The position numbers and the translations under genes were made by a program. From Octopus vulgaris (lineage: Eukaryota), in NCBI GenBank assembly GCA_951406725.2, contig OX597818.1, positions 146,010,001 through 146,074,000 on the forward strand: 64,000 nucleotides of DNA, written 5' to 3'. Below, piece by piece: positions 13,829 to 29,920 of this stretch. Numbering within the stretch: the first letter of the stretch is position 1; every line of letters starts with the position of its first letter. Below the pieces are notes generated by a model that saw nothing but the letters and a program-made list of their open reading frames with translations, ran no database searches and was not told where the DNA came from.

Positions 13829-14230
13829 TGTAGTGTAGGCTCGGGTGAAATTCCTCTCTCCCATTTATTATATATACGTGCATCCGAACGTAGCAGGGAA
13901 CAGCTAGCCTTTGGCCGTAATTTGGATCCCTTTGTGTACTCTGGGTGATATTGGCGCAATTCGTCTCCTACTCTGTTGCGCCAACCTTCCCTCTGACATT
14001 TATTTGTACTATTCGATATCTTTTCATTGTAACGGTCATGTGGTGTGGTACAAGAGAGCCATTCTCGGCACCTCACATCGCACGGCCTTTACAAATTGGT
14101 GACACCGACGTGATTCGAACACGCATTCACCGGTCATTACAAATTGGCGGCCCGACATGGAACACACTTCCACGGACATTACAAATTGGTGACCCAACTT
14201 ACAACATGCATCCACAGTCTTACTTTACAA
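13829..14230 (+). mobile_element. Short LTR (copy A, 13829-14093) followed by tandem LTR-end/PBS array
   Basis: TGTAG...TTTACA termini (~265 bp), then AAT TGGTGACACCGACGTGATTCGAACACGCA (complement of tRNA-Trp 3' end); the junction is repeated 3-4 times. Confidence 0.7.
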
Positions 14231-14558
14231 CCTCTTCGAATTTCAAATGGATATATCAGCATGACCGTCACCATTAAACGGGTGCTTACTTCAAAATAAT
14301 CAGGTATTTTGTAAAACCATAACATATGAAGGACTTCAAATTATCCAAAACTGCTCAGGAGCCAATGTCCGAAATGTATTATCTTACTTGAGATGTGTTG
14401 TTTCTAGATGCATCAGTTACGGCGACTGAATGCCGGGCATAATAAGCTTATTCGAATGCGGCAAAAACTGTGATTTCTTTATCTATGGTCCATTGCTGCA
14501 TCTGATGTGATAGCATTGATCTATCTACCACCCATTAATATGTATGTTGGTCTAATTC

Positions 14559-14800
14559 TATCTATCTATCCGCTCAGTCGAAGTCGACTCTCGGTCACTC
14601 GTTGGATCAGTGTCCTCCAGTCAGTTCTATCCTGGGCCGCTTCTTTCAGATTGGCTATGTCCATTCCGGTATCCCTCTTGATGGTGTCAAGTCAGCGGGT
14701 TCTTGGTCGGCCTCTTCCTCTCTTGCCACTGACCATTCCGAGCATGATGTCCTTCTCCAGGGATTTTCTCCGCATAATATGACCGAAATATGCCAATCTA
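14559..14800 (-). mobile_element. RTE-clade LINE 3' end
   Basis: Minus frame IMRRKSLEKDIMLGMVSGKRGRGRPRTRWLDTIKRDTG...AAQDRTDWRTLIQRVTESRLRLSG is a typical RTE C-terminus, followed by a (GATA)n tail. Confidence 0.8.
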
Positions 14801-17800
14801 TGCTTGGTCTAATTAGAAGACCAAAATGTGAAACTTAAAAAGAAAAAGCGACGAGCAACGAGAAAAGACAGAGAGGGGGGCGAATGAACAGGGGATACGA
14901 GTAAGTCAAATGTCAGCAAAATCTTTTACTCTCATCTCACCAATGCACTTGCTTTCAGGATCAAATTTAGACTTAAATTCGGATATAATTTAATCAGTTA
15001 ATTAATTAATTTACCCGACTAGATGTTATTTCCATAGACTTTAAAGTTACATTGTTTAGCATACACAGAACTTTACTATAGAAATACATTGAAAGCGTAC
15101 CGAGTGAGCTTATCCAGTTGCTCGGGTAACTATATAAGTTCGGTTTTGTTGTTAAAATTAAAGATAAAATATCCACTTATTTGCCACAAACCAGAATTTG
15201 ACAAGGTTGTGTTCTTAAATCTGTGTTTTTTTTTTAATTAAAACTTCTAGAATTAAAACCTTTTTTTTTAAATATAGCCATCAGTGCAAGTACGAAAGTG
15301 TTCAACTCTGAAGGGAATACACACTCGAATACATCCGTTACATCTGAGTATCTTACTCTCGCCACTTTCGTGTTTTTAAATGTTTGATTATGTATAAGTC
15401 TAGTTTCTGCAATGCCAAACGAATGAGACGGTAGATTCTGTCTTTAGTTTAATTTAGATCAACTTGGCCTTTATTGTTTCGAGATCGATAAAATATAGCA
15501 ACAGTCAACAGTAGATATTATATTCCTAAGGTGTGTTCTAGGCGCGAATGAATTATGATAGAAGACTGAAAATGACACTAGATTTCTTGCAGGTGTCTTT
15601 TCCTGCGGAAAGGATTGAATTCAGTGCTATACGACAAGTTGACTTTAGTTACATTGTTAAATTACACCAGCCACGATACCCACTAACAATACATTTCGAC
15701 AAGGTCGGTTAGGCTGTGGGTACAGAGAAGTAAAAACCACTTTAACACGAGTAATTTCCCTTAGATGCATTATTTCTGGCAATATATTTTACCAAGATTG
15801 TCTTTTTCATATGATATTTCTGATAATTTATAGTTGGCAAAAGAAGAAATTTATTAATGACAAAAGATATAAGTTATTTTGATTGGTTATAAATAACTAA
15901 TAAAAGGAATCTTAGTCAATTGCTGCTTGGAATTTCTAATCATTTCACAATAACAGGGTTAATTGTATCTTACATAGATTCTACAATATATTTAACAAGG
16001 TGCCTATTTAAATCCCAGTTATTTAGCTCATTTGTGTTTATCCAAGTTTTCCTTGTTACTTCTGGAACCTTTCTTCCACTGAATTATTGAATTCTTTTTA
16101 TTGAACCATGTTAAATGGCAGCAAACCCTTGATCGTCGAGTTGAGTCACAAGATAGCGTAAGCATACAGATCGTGTGAAATGTTATATTTTTCTCTTTAC
16201 ATACATGCATTGTATTGCATTCATACTAAAGATTGCATCTGATCACTGGTATATTCTTATCTGTAATAGACTTATGCCAGTTATACTATGGTTCAAGTGA
16301 TACCTTGACCAAACTGGCTGTCAGGTAACACCTCACCGACCTCATTGACATTATGATGAAAAATGAACTCCATTTTTAGTAAACGAACTTTTGCTGTATT
16401 CTGTAACACAGTTGCCTATACACATGAAAAATAAATGAACAGAAGACAACATTCAACTTTATTTCTTAACACATTATGAAAGAGACGCTTCTTCTTCCTA
16501 TGTAAACTATCGGACCGTTGCGCCTCGATATACTGTTTTTCCAACACATCGAATAAAATCATTGCTTTACACTGGACATATACTGCTTTCTGCACTTTTT
16601 TCAACTTGTTATAATATTCTTAACTGCGTTAAACACTCAACTCGAATCTCGTTCAAGCTTTCTGGGGGTAATCCCATTACCTGATCCTTCTTCTCATCAT
16701 CGAAGTAAAACTTGAGGTTACATATGATTCACATGAATGCTTTGAACTCATCCAGAGATGTAACCCAAATTGATCCGCCTTTTTTTTTTTTTTTTTTTTT
16801 TTGTTAACAAAGAACTTAATCAAATTAAAGTTTAATTGGTATAATCTAGGTTGTCGATTTTTGCATGATCACCAACTTCTTGTACTGGGTACTTTGTTTT
16901 CCTATCAGCATAGTATTTCATGTTAGATTTTACTCTATCATTTTTCTGTTTCAGGAATTTCATAACGAGGAAGTTTAGCCGATTAGAGTTGATTTGAGAA
17001 AAAAAAATGCTGCTGCTGCTATTTCTGTTGATAAATGAGAATTCTTTTTATGAAGCAATGCTTTTTCACGTCTGCTGTTTATATTGGTCGAACTGGTTTC
17101 CTGCATTAACCAACTTCTTCATCTTCCACGCTATACTCGTTCAAGTTTTCTCTGTGTATTCTCATTATCTGATTTTTTCCCCCTCCTCATCCTCGATGTA
17201 AAATTTGATGTTAAATATGGTTCGCACGACTGCTTTCAACTCATCCAAAGGCGTAACCCAAATTGATCCGCCGTTTCTTTTGTTCACGACGGGCATAGCG
17301 TAGTAGATAAAAACGTTGGTCAATGCAGCGCGATCACCTAGAGGTTCTGAGTTCAATTGAAGCCAAAAATGTCAGAGAGCGGAATGAGAACAGTGTACCT
17401 CAGTGGATCAAATAAAGGATTAGGTTAGAAATTCCGATGCAACAACCGAGTTCAACACAAGACACCTGAAGAACAGCCGAAATGTAGTGAAATCAACAGT
17501 CAAGATGAGGACACCAGTCCGGCTAATATAAACAATATGCATAATATCAATTCTTCGTCTCACAAGTAGCATTAACATAGAACTTCCTGTCTTGTTTCGA
17601 AGTGAGATAATGTCTATGATATTACACATTGTTTTAAGTTTGTCTCATCCTCTCTCTCTCTCTCTCTCTCCCTCTCTCCCTCCCTCCCTCCTTCCCATTC
17701 CCTTCTCGCTCGTCATTTTCCTTAGTATGTCTGTCTTAATGACTTAATCTTTTGCATTTCCAAAGCATTTTCATAAGTTTGTCCTAAACGTCCATTGCTT

Positions 17801-18168
17801 TCAATCATTCAGTTTAGACCTCGTTTTATACGTTCTGAATAATAGCAAAATTTTCTTTTTATAACTCCCAAGTTGTCCTTGTTGCTGAAAGAAAAAATTG
17901 GGAGTGTGTATCATATATATTGCATGGATGCCACAAGAAAAGCAAAAGGTTAGAATACTATGAGACAACCAAAGAAGTTAAATAAACTCAACCTTAACTT
18001 CTGAATTCGATTAGTGTCGTTGGATGTTTAAAGTGAGTGACAGCATTAAATATATCCAGCGTTGGATTAACTTACTGGCTTGACACATCAAAGCCAAAAT
18101 ATTCTATCTCGCATCAAAAATACATTTCTTGTGATTTAAAGTAAAGCTAATTGTTACCCAATATCGTT

Positions 18169-18790
18169 TGTAGCGTAGACTCGGGTGAAATCCCTCTCTC
18201 CCATTTATTATATATACGTGCATTCGAACGTAGCAGGGAACAGATCCCCTCTGATACTTAATCTGTGCTATTCCAATTTCTCTTTATTGCAACAGTCGTG
18301 TGGTGTGGTGTTGTGCAAAAGGGCCATTCTCATCACATCATATCCCACGGACTCTTACAAATTGGTGACCCGACTTAGAATACGTATACACGGTTACTCC
18401 ATTACAAACTGGTGACCTCGTCAAGAACTATGGCTCAGTTACTCCATTACTAAGTAGTGACCCTGTCAGGAACAAAGATCTTCAAATTCTTTGGTCAATG
18501 CCAGCTTTCATTTTACTTTAATGACCAATCGTTTTTTCTAATTTCACCTCTTAGCTACAGATATATCTTCCTTTTATCGTCTATTTTGTCTCCTACAAAA
18601 TGACTGGTGAGGGGCTCCTAGTAGCGCAGACTCAGGTGAAATACTTCTCTCTCCATTTATTATATATACGTGCATTCGAACGCAGCAGGGAGCAGCAAGT
18701 CTTTGGCCGCTATTTGGATCCCGTTGTATCCACTACTGTGATTGGCTGGTATTGGCGCAGTTTGTCTCTTACTCTGTCGCGCCATCTTGC
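18169..18790 (+). mobile_element. TRIM-like non-autonomous LTR element (LTR B - multi-PBS - PPT - LTR C)
   Basis: LTR B 18169-18359 (TGTAG...TTACA, internally deleted relative to copy A), three TTAC(A)AA(T)TGGTGACC-like units, purine-rich TGGTGAGGGG at ~18605-18614, then LTR C starting ~18620 (3'-truncated). No coding capacity. Confidence 0.65.
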
Positions 18791-21483
18791 CGTGTATAAC
18801 TAGTCGGAGGCCCTAAATAAGATCACGTGGGATAGCTGTTCACTGCCCCGTTTGAGCCTACAGTTTCTTATAAAAACTCAGCTTTTCCAGGTCTTTGGTT
18901 CATGACCTTTTATGGTCTAGCCACTAACCACAAAGACAGCCAGTTCCAGCGACAACACCACCACCATAGCAGCTACGTTGAGACTCACTAACTTCGTCCA
19001 ACAGCATTACAGCAACATCCTTCTTCATCGCCACCATCATGTCCTTCTTAACGTCGTCAACATCATCTCTCTTCGTACACAGCTCAACAAGCAATTCACC
19101 CAGGTTCCAACAGTTCACTGTTCGTGAATTATTTCATCATGGATCAACGGCGAATATACAACCTGTATGAACTCCTGTACAAGTGACTCAGGTAGCATGA
19201 TCACAGCCACGACTTCACATATGACATGTACCTGTAATCGGCTCAACATCATGGCTACGACTTCTTGATACAGTATTTCAACTCCCGTGTGCTATTGACT
19301 ACGAACTGGCATTATTTTTCTTGCGTCTATGAACTTTTCACTTCGATGGTTACAGACTCTTTCACTGTCATCATCTTCATCGCCATCCTTATATGTTTGT
19401 AAATAATATTCATTCGTTTTCCCGAATGATAGTTAGAGAGACAGTAGCAATTCTAGTGATAGTGACAAGGCTCGCTGATTAGTTGTTGATAGTGTAGAAA
19501 AAGGTTGTCTGTCAGTAGAGAGTGAAAGAGTAAGGGACGCACGGTGCTGACTAGAAAAGAAGAGAGGATAAAGGTGACATCGTCTTTCTTGCGGCCGAGG
19601 AAAGTGCCGCTGTTGATCATGACTGACGTAAAAGAGCGAGTGCTGCGCCTTGGTCATAACTGACACATAAGAGGAAGAGATAAGAAATTATTTCTGTTAT
19701 ATAGACTATGGTCAGTAATGTAGGTCAAACCTTAAAGAAAAAACTGACCTTTCTTTGATCAGCACAGGTCCTAGGGGGTCGAGTATTTCCTCATCAATCA
19801 TCTGGTGTGAAGGGGATCTCCCGCTCGTTTTGACAAGCAGCAAACGGGTGGCTTTGGTTTCAATTCTTAGGCAAGGTCAAGCTAGATCCCTACATGTTCT
19901 TAACACGCGCACACATCAATGCCTACACGCACACACACATTTTGTCCTCATGATAGCCTGTCTATTATTCTGTATACAGGACGCGCACACAGACGCACAT
20001 GTTATCCTTCAATAAATGTTCTCTTAATCATTCTCACGCGGTTGTGTATCTTTTTCCCTCAGACATTTATGTGTGCTATTCAATACCTTCTCTTTGTATC
20101 GGCCGTGTGATGTTGCACGGCCATTACACGTTAAATACCAATTTGGTGTCATGTGTTAGTCTCCTTCAGACCTGCCATGAATTAGAATATCATCTGAAGT
20201 ATTACTTATGTTAAGTTTAGTCTTAAAACGGCTGCTAATGATTTCCTACAATTCTTCAATTGCTGAGGAAATTCTTAGAACCAAACGCTTATCCCGATAT
20301 AATCTACTAGAAGTTTTAAAAATGATTAGATGGGTAATGGATAAATGATTGGTTAGGCTGGTTTAGGTTGCGTGCTGTTACCCACATTAAAATCACGTCC
20401 ATTTGGAGCTTTCAATAAAACCATTTATTGATACATAAGCATTACAATGGTTACAGTAGTTACTTACCGGAGGCTGTATCTCTAATTACCAGCAACGATT
20501 TATTTATATATGTATGTATGTTGGCTAAGCATTAGATAGCAACATCTACGTGTGGGGCAAGAGGTGAAGATCAAGAATAGTAGACGAAGTGATACTTTTT
20601 AACCCGAGGTCGAGCAACCAGCCAAAAATCATGTTTGCCTGTCTTCTCTGGGACTTCTCAACCCCTGCTTCTCTGCTTCTGCTGCGCCTAACTCGTTCCC
20701 CAACCCTTGAGAACGTGGCATGAACTGCAATGTATGGCCATATATTGGCGAGTAACTCATGGGAATTTCCATTCTAAATCATACGATGGAACAAAGCTGA
20801 AATATACTCGGTCAGAATTCAGGGCAAGTCACTGGACATGCTGTAGCCTATTACTCGTTACTGAGCTAAAGCGATTTCAAATCCAAGCCTCGCTACAAAG
20901 CAAATGCTTGCTGACGCGAAAATATCTAGTTTCATAAAGAAGCTTGTTCCATTCAAGTATTTTAGAATATTTTAGAACAGTGGGTGTTGGATATTTATTC
21001 CTTTGGATAATTAGAACGTAAAGACGGACGAAATGCCGCTAAGCGTTCTGCCCGTAGCGCTAACGAATTTGCCAGCTCGCCGCCTTAGTAACCACATATA
21101 CATATATATTAAAAGAGACAGAAATCAGTGAAGGAACCTCTCAGGCGGTCGATTGGCTTGCTTGAGATAGCAGTCAAGTTCTCTCAAATCAAATCCTACC
21201 ATCTTAAAACAGGAAATGTACATCAGGCAATGTACACACACGCACACAGACATGTTATTGTTGTTGTTGTTGTTGTTATTATTATTATTATTCTATGTTT
21301 GACTTTTGCTTTATATTTGTACAAGTTGGCTCCAAGTCTCACCCAGAGACCTCAAGAGACAGGTTGGAAGTTCGTGTTGTTGTTATGCCTAGTGTGCCAT
21401 ATATTTAGTTTTGTATTTAGTGTTGTACTAGTGAATGTCTAAAAAAAAACCCCCAAAAAACCAAATTTATGTTTGTTTTAAAA

Positions 21484-21514
<31 letters not shown>

Positions 21515-21671
21515 CCTTCGTTCTTCAAATTTTCTTCCGTTTCTCGCCGGGTGTTTTCCGTACACATAGGACATTGTATGCATTCCCAGATTACACACGC
21601 AAATTTACAGATAAAAAATGTATTTAAAAAAATGAATAAATGAATAAATTCATGAATGGATGTTGTTTTCA

Positions 21672-24692
<3,021 letters not shown>

Positions 24693-25272
24693 AAGCAGTT
24701 TGATTCGGCCCTATTTCGTTGGTTTCTTACAGCAACCTAGCTCGTTTGAGTTAACCAATTAGGGGCAAATCAAACTGTTTTAAATAATATATGTCACTCC
24801 AACCAAATGTGTTGAGAGCCTCTTTCTTTCGTTTGTCCACTCACTTGTGTGTGATGTATATGAGAGATCGCTAACCACTACACCTTTTTCTATTTTCTCT
24901 CCTTGTTTATTTCTGCGTTCCTTTCTACCGAAGAGCATAGGCTCGAAACGTAAAAGACTTTCTCACTTCCCGAGCGTTAAAGTTTGATTGTTGTTTACAC
25001 ACCCGTCTTCGTCTTTTGTTTTTCTTTTTTCTAAATTCTCACTATATATATTCTTTTATTCTTTTATATGTTTCAGTCCAAAGACTGTGGCCATGCTGGA
25101 GCACCGCCATTGTAATCATCTTTCCACTTTCCACCTTTGTCGGAGCGGCTTTTGGTGAAGGATGGAGTTCGATGCTACTGCCCTCGCTTGAGTTTCTTGC
25201 TTAGATATTGTCTCTTCCGGGATTTCGGAGACCCAGAGGTCAAGTTCACGTTTGAAAACGTCCACATACACT

Positions 25273-25274
<2 letters not shown>

Positions 25275-25344
<70 letters not shown>

Positions 25345-25384
25345 TTATAATAGGATTAGTTCGTATACGAGTAGGTATATTTTT

Positions 25385-25440
<56 letters not shown>

Positions 25441-25520
25441 CATACATACATACATACATAAATACATACATACATACATACATACATATATGTTATACAC
25501 ACACACACACACACACATAT
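25275..25520. repeat. (TA)n/(TACA)n/(CA)n compound microsatellite upstream of DDX20
   Basis: Directly visible. Similar TA/CA/TG runs at ~1740, 2150, 2395, 9043, 53070, 56070, 58046, 59940, 62815, 62975 and 63648. Confidence 0.9.
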
Positions 25521-25857
25521 AACAGTTAAAAAGAGGAATAGCTAAAACGATAATGTCTTTAATCACAGATGTGCCGAACTTGAGATGACCAAGGACGGAA
25601 CAATGAATTAAAAGAGAGTATTTACTTTGAAAACACCCAAAATACAGCAACGGAAAAACAAAGCAAACAAGAAGTTAGGAATTAGATACGAAACTCAAAC
25701 TAAGCTTAGCTCTCCATCTCAGCCGGCTTCAGAGCCAACGTAGTGCTCTCCCCTTAACGAGCACCTTGTCCGCGATTTCAGTCGCGATTTCTTTCAATCC
25801 AAAGAGATTCGTCCTTCTGCGCATTTTCATTCTGATTTCCTTCATTCATGTAAAGCA

Positions 25858-26053
25858 ATGCTGCCTCGCAAAGTGGCTCATAATGTGGGAAATTCTGCAG
25901 TATTTCGTACCTCTGACATAGCCATAACCGAAGATGTCACATTTGAAGGGTTGTTATTGTCGGACGATGTCCTGAAAGGGCTTCAGAATTCGGGGTTCGT
26001 CAAACCCTCGCCCATCCAGCTCAAGTCCATTCCACTGGGAAGATGTGGTTTAG
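25858..26053 (+). CDS. DDX20: DEAD-box RNA helicase DDX20/Gemin3, exon 1 (Q motif)
   Basis: ATG...RTSDI...[38 protein letters not shown], then G|GTAAG donor (phase 1). Confidence 0.95.
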
Positions 26054-27099
26054 GTAAGCTACGAATTCATTTCGTTATTAACTATTTTTCACACAATACT
26101 TGTCAAATATTTCTTTTTCCTATTATAAAGCAGCACAAAAGATTTCCTAAAGGAACAATGCGTGTTACACGCTTCTCTTCCAGTCACCATAAACAAAAAG
26201 ACCAGCTTGACGAAGGCAAAATTTGAATGCAAAGTTATCAAGTCTCAAACTAAATCCTATGAAACTTAGTTTATCGCTCATCATCAATTCACCCTACTTT
26301 CATCATTTCACGTCCACACGCTGACCTCCGATGAACGGATCCTCATGGTTTTAGTCATTTTTTGTTTGGAATTGGTGCCCTCTTAGCTAAGTCAAAGGAC
26401 CACATTTATCACTCATACACCTATTTAAAAAAAAAATAAATGGATAAAAGTCTGTGGGCTTTTTAGAGGAAGAAATGATGGCATTATGGTACATTGGCAT
26501 TTCCTTTCGTTTTACTTTCATTGTTGAATACTTTTGTTCTTTAAAGCATAATCAGAACTTAACTGCTCCCTGAATTAAAGAAACATTTAAACCAGTTACT
26601 TTTACGAAAAAAGGATCGATGTTTATTAGGTACTTCCGTGGAAATATTTTCACCCATACTCCCAAGTGGTATCCGACTTTTTAATCTTATTATCGATAAA
26701 TAATGCTTCTTTTCATTTAATCGGCGAGTTAACTTACATTTTGGAACATATTGCTATTTTATACTTACATTGAACTGTAAAAAGAGTACACTATATTTAT
26801 ATAAGCTAACGAAGGAATCTTTCTCATAGTTGCTTGACAAGCTAAAAATAGCAGCCAAGTCTCCCTCAAATCATATCCTACTATCTTAAAGATAGAAAAT
26901 TTTATAATGTACATATCCCTAAAAAGTTGTGGTTGTAATGACTGGAATAGCTTTGTGCGTAAACCTAGACCAGTAAGGTTGACTTGAGGCAAAACAGCAA
27001 TGCTATGTTCTGATAGATTTTTATGCAAATTTCTATTATTTCCTGTATTTAAATATTTCAATTTCAACTTTGATCTTTAATTCTTTTTCTTTTCTTTAG

Positions 27100-27194
27100 A
27101 TTTAATTGTCCAAGCCAAAGCTGGAACTGGCAAGACGTGTGTTTTCACTGTGGTTGCTTTAGAAGCACTACAGATCAACAGCCCAGCTATCCAG
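27100..27194 (+). CDS. DDX20: DDX20 exon 2 (motif I / Walker A)
   Basis: Pyrimidine tract + AG; (D)[31 protein letters not shown]; GTAAAA donor, phase 0. Confidence 0.95.
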
Positions 27195-27708
27195 GTAAAA
27201 ATTAAAAATTACCTGCCCTATTTCAAATTACGCTGATTGTAAATTCCTCACTCCATTAACATTTTTGTTGTCATTGTAGATTAAATGTAAACTTTATGGT
27301 AGAAATTGCTGCTGTGTTTAAATTTGATATAAGACAACCGGAAATCACTTTAGCTTAGTACAAAGACATAAGAAGATATCTATTTTTACAGATATCCTAG
27401 ACCTAGTTTGTTATGAAACAAACCAAATGTATTTTAATATCTATTTCTTCAATATTTGAGAAATTTCTATAATTTCTTTTTCCTTGTGGTTTGGGTCTGT
27501 TTCAATATCAGTTATTTGAATGCTTACTTATAATGCTTCTTTACTCATTTTACACAAACTTTTTTTCCACAACAAGCTAGAGGAGGAAGGTCAATGCCTA
27601 TGGCTTATTTGAGAGCTTCTACATGTGAATGCTGATACAAAGTTGCCTGCAAACCTGAAGCCTAGCTTAAATCTTTGCAACCAAGTGGACTCTGCTAATG
27701 TCACTTAA

Positions 27709-27922
27709 CCCTTACATTACCAACCTGGCTGAAACCGGCTCTGAGTACAAATGTCTTGTTTTTATAAGTTTTGAATTAAAATCTTCCCCCATACCTTAGT
27801 CACAATTTATGTTCCTAACACTAGCTGAATGATAATTAAATTATTTTACTAAATTCTTTGTTATATTTAAAGTAATTGAAAGAAACATAGTGCATCTCAT
27901 AATAAATACAGTAACGAAAGGG
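27709..27922 (-). mobile_element. piggyBac-type MITE (family A), DDX20 intron 2
   Basis: TTAA|CCCTTACATTAC...GTAACGAAAGGG|TGAA; reverse-complement homologue of 763-982. Confidence 0.8.
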
Positions 27923-28134
27923 TGAAGAGCCAAGTGAGGGTGTTAAGCTGCCGTGGACTAAGTTTGCCAGCCCAACACAGGAATGGGCCTTCAGACAGCT
28001 TCCAAACAATTTACTTCAGTTACATTTCACTTACAAGGCTTTCATGAAGTGCAAGGTTATCTAAGAAAACTAAGTGCTGCATAGTGGGATTGAACCTGAA
28101 ACCATGTAGTTGGGAATCCTGCCTATGCCAATAA

Positions 28135-28395
28135 CATCATCATCATCATCATCGTTTAACGTCCGTTCTCCATGCTAGCATGGGTTGGACAGTTCGACCG
28201 GGGATCTGGGAAGCCAGAAGGCTGCACCAGGCTCCAGTCTTATCTGGCAATGTTTCTACGGCTGGATGCCCTTCCTAACGCCAACCACTCCGTGAGTGTA
28301 GTGGGTGCTATTTACGTGCCACTTGCACAGGTGCCAGGCGAGGCTGGCAACGGCCACGGTCAGATTGGTGTATTTTATGTGCCACCTGCATGGAA
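28135..28395 (-). mobile_element. 3' tail of RTE-family retroelement (or its partner SINE) with (TGA)n tail
   Basis: (CAT)n-GTTTAACGTCC...CATGCTAGCATGGGTTGGAC...GGATGCCCTTCCTAACGCCAACC; same tail at 28645-29020 and 35545-35740. Confidence 0.65.
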
Positions 28396-28430
28396 GCCAT
28401 TAAATTATTATTGCGATGCTGCTGCATTAA

Positions 28431-28627
28431 CCCTTTAGCTTTCAGATTACTTTGTCAAATCCAGTGTTTATTTATTCACATTGCTTTGAATTATGTTGTA
28501 GCTTTGAGATTTCAGTGATTGTTTGTTTTTAGACTGACATTGTTGGGTAGGGGTGGATCTTGTGAGTTTGCATGTAAAACAGGTAGAATGTTTTGGGCTG
28601 GATATGGCCAGTTTAAATGTTAAAGGG
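28431..28627. mobile_element. piggyBac-type MITE (family B)
   Basis: TTAA|CCCTTTAGC...GTTAAAGGG|TTAA; homologous to 46301-46520 in opposite orientation. Confidence 0.75.
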
Positions 28628-28644
28628 TTAAACATCTTATTATT

Positions 28645-29020
28645 ATCATCATCATCATCATTTAGCATCCCCTTTCCATGCTAGCATGGGTTGGACGGTT
28701 CAACTGGGGTCTGGGGAAGCCAGGAGGCTGCACCAGGCCCAGTCTGATCTGGCAGTGTTTCTACAGCTGGATGCCCTTCCTAATGCCAACCACTCCGTGA
28801 GTGTAGTGGGTGCTTTTTACGTGCCAGGCAAAGCTGGCAACGGCCACGATCGGTTGGTGCTTTTTACGTGCCACCGGCATGGAGGCCAGTCGAGGCGGCG
28901 CTGGCAACGGCCACGTTCGGATGGTTCTTTTGCATGCCACCGGCACTGGTATCACAACTACAATTTCCATTGATTTTTGATCGATTTCGATTTTACTTGC
29001 CTCAACAGGTCTTCGCAAGC
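28645..29020 (-). mobile_element. 3' tail of RTE-family retroelement, second copy
   Basis: Closely similar to 28135-28395, with internal repeats of GCTGGCAACGGCCACG...TTTTACGTGCCACC. Confidence 0.65.
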
Positions 29021-29547
29021 AGAGTAGTTAATGTTTATTACAAGAAATTATTAACTTCAATTTTATTGAAATTATATTTAACTTGATGAAACACTTGTAA
29101 ACTTTGAATTGAAGCCATAATTGAAAATTTTAATAAATATTGTGAAGTTCTATCAATAAGGTTATTTATATATAAAATGTGAATTTTCAGTTATTCATCT
29201 TTAAGGGAGGCAACTCCAGGTAAGTTTAAGTATTAAACTGATAAAGCATACTTCACCATGCTTGCTTAGTGATGAATGAATTACGAAATAGTTATAAAAT
29301 TTTGTATGAATTAGCATGAAAATTAGCATATTTTGTTGATAAATTTGCAGAGAGAAATTACTCAAAGTATTAGTTTTGTATATTTAAAGCAGTTTGAATT
29401 CTCTTGGCATCATAAACTTATAATGAAGAAACTTCAAATGAAGAATTTGTATCCTTGTTATCTGGTGAGCAAAGTAAAAGTTAGGTGTGAAAGAATTGGT
29501 CATCTGCTGTGAGTTAGCGAATGTAGGACTTTTTATATATATATATA

Positions 29548-29920
29548 TGAAGTCTGGTCAATAAGTATCCGGACTGTCACCATAATAATGAAGCTAAAGC
29601 ACGCAGAGCGAAGCCGCTTGGCACAGATTGACATTGAACTCTGTTGTGTATACACACTAAGTTTTTAACGTTCTAGTTCACTTCTGCTGTTTATAGCAGT
29701 GCTTGGAAGGAAGGTGCGTAGCGTGTGATCATTGCATTGACCATGACAGAGAAAGTTGTCATGGCAATACCTGCTCAGAGACCTATGCAAAGTTGCAGAA
29801 AGCGTATGGAGAGGAGTGTGTGAGCCACGCACAAGTGTCCGAGTGGTTCAGACGTTTCCAAGATGGCTGAAAAATGTTGATAGGGACAAACGTTCCGGGA
29901 GACCTGCTACCAGCAGAACA
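29548..29920 (+). mobile_element. Mariner transposon 5' fragment
   Basis: TA|TGAAGTCTGGTCAATAAGTATCCGGACTG terminal repeat and HTH remnant ETYAKLQKAYGEECVSHAQVSEWFRRFQDG...RSGRPATS. Confidence 0.8.

Noticed and set aside
14097-14125. tRNA-Trp gene on the minus strand
   Set aside because: Only the 3' ~29 nt are present and they include the post-transcriptional CCA, so this is a reverse-transcribed or PBS copy, not a gene.
14081-14230. Repeat-spacer layout as a CRISPR array
   Set aside because: Eukaryotic context with no cas genes; the units are LTR-end plus tRNA-complementary PBS sequence.
13829-18359. LTR copies A and B as the two ends of one 4.5-kb element
   Set aside because: Copy B has no preceding purine tract and is itself followed by PBS units; no gag/pol remnants were recognised between them.
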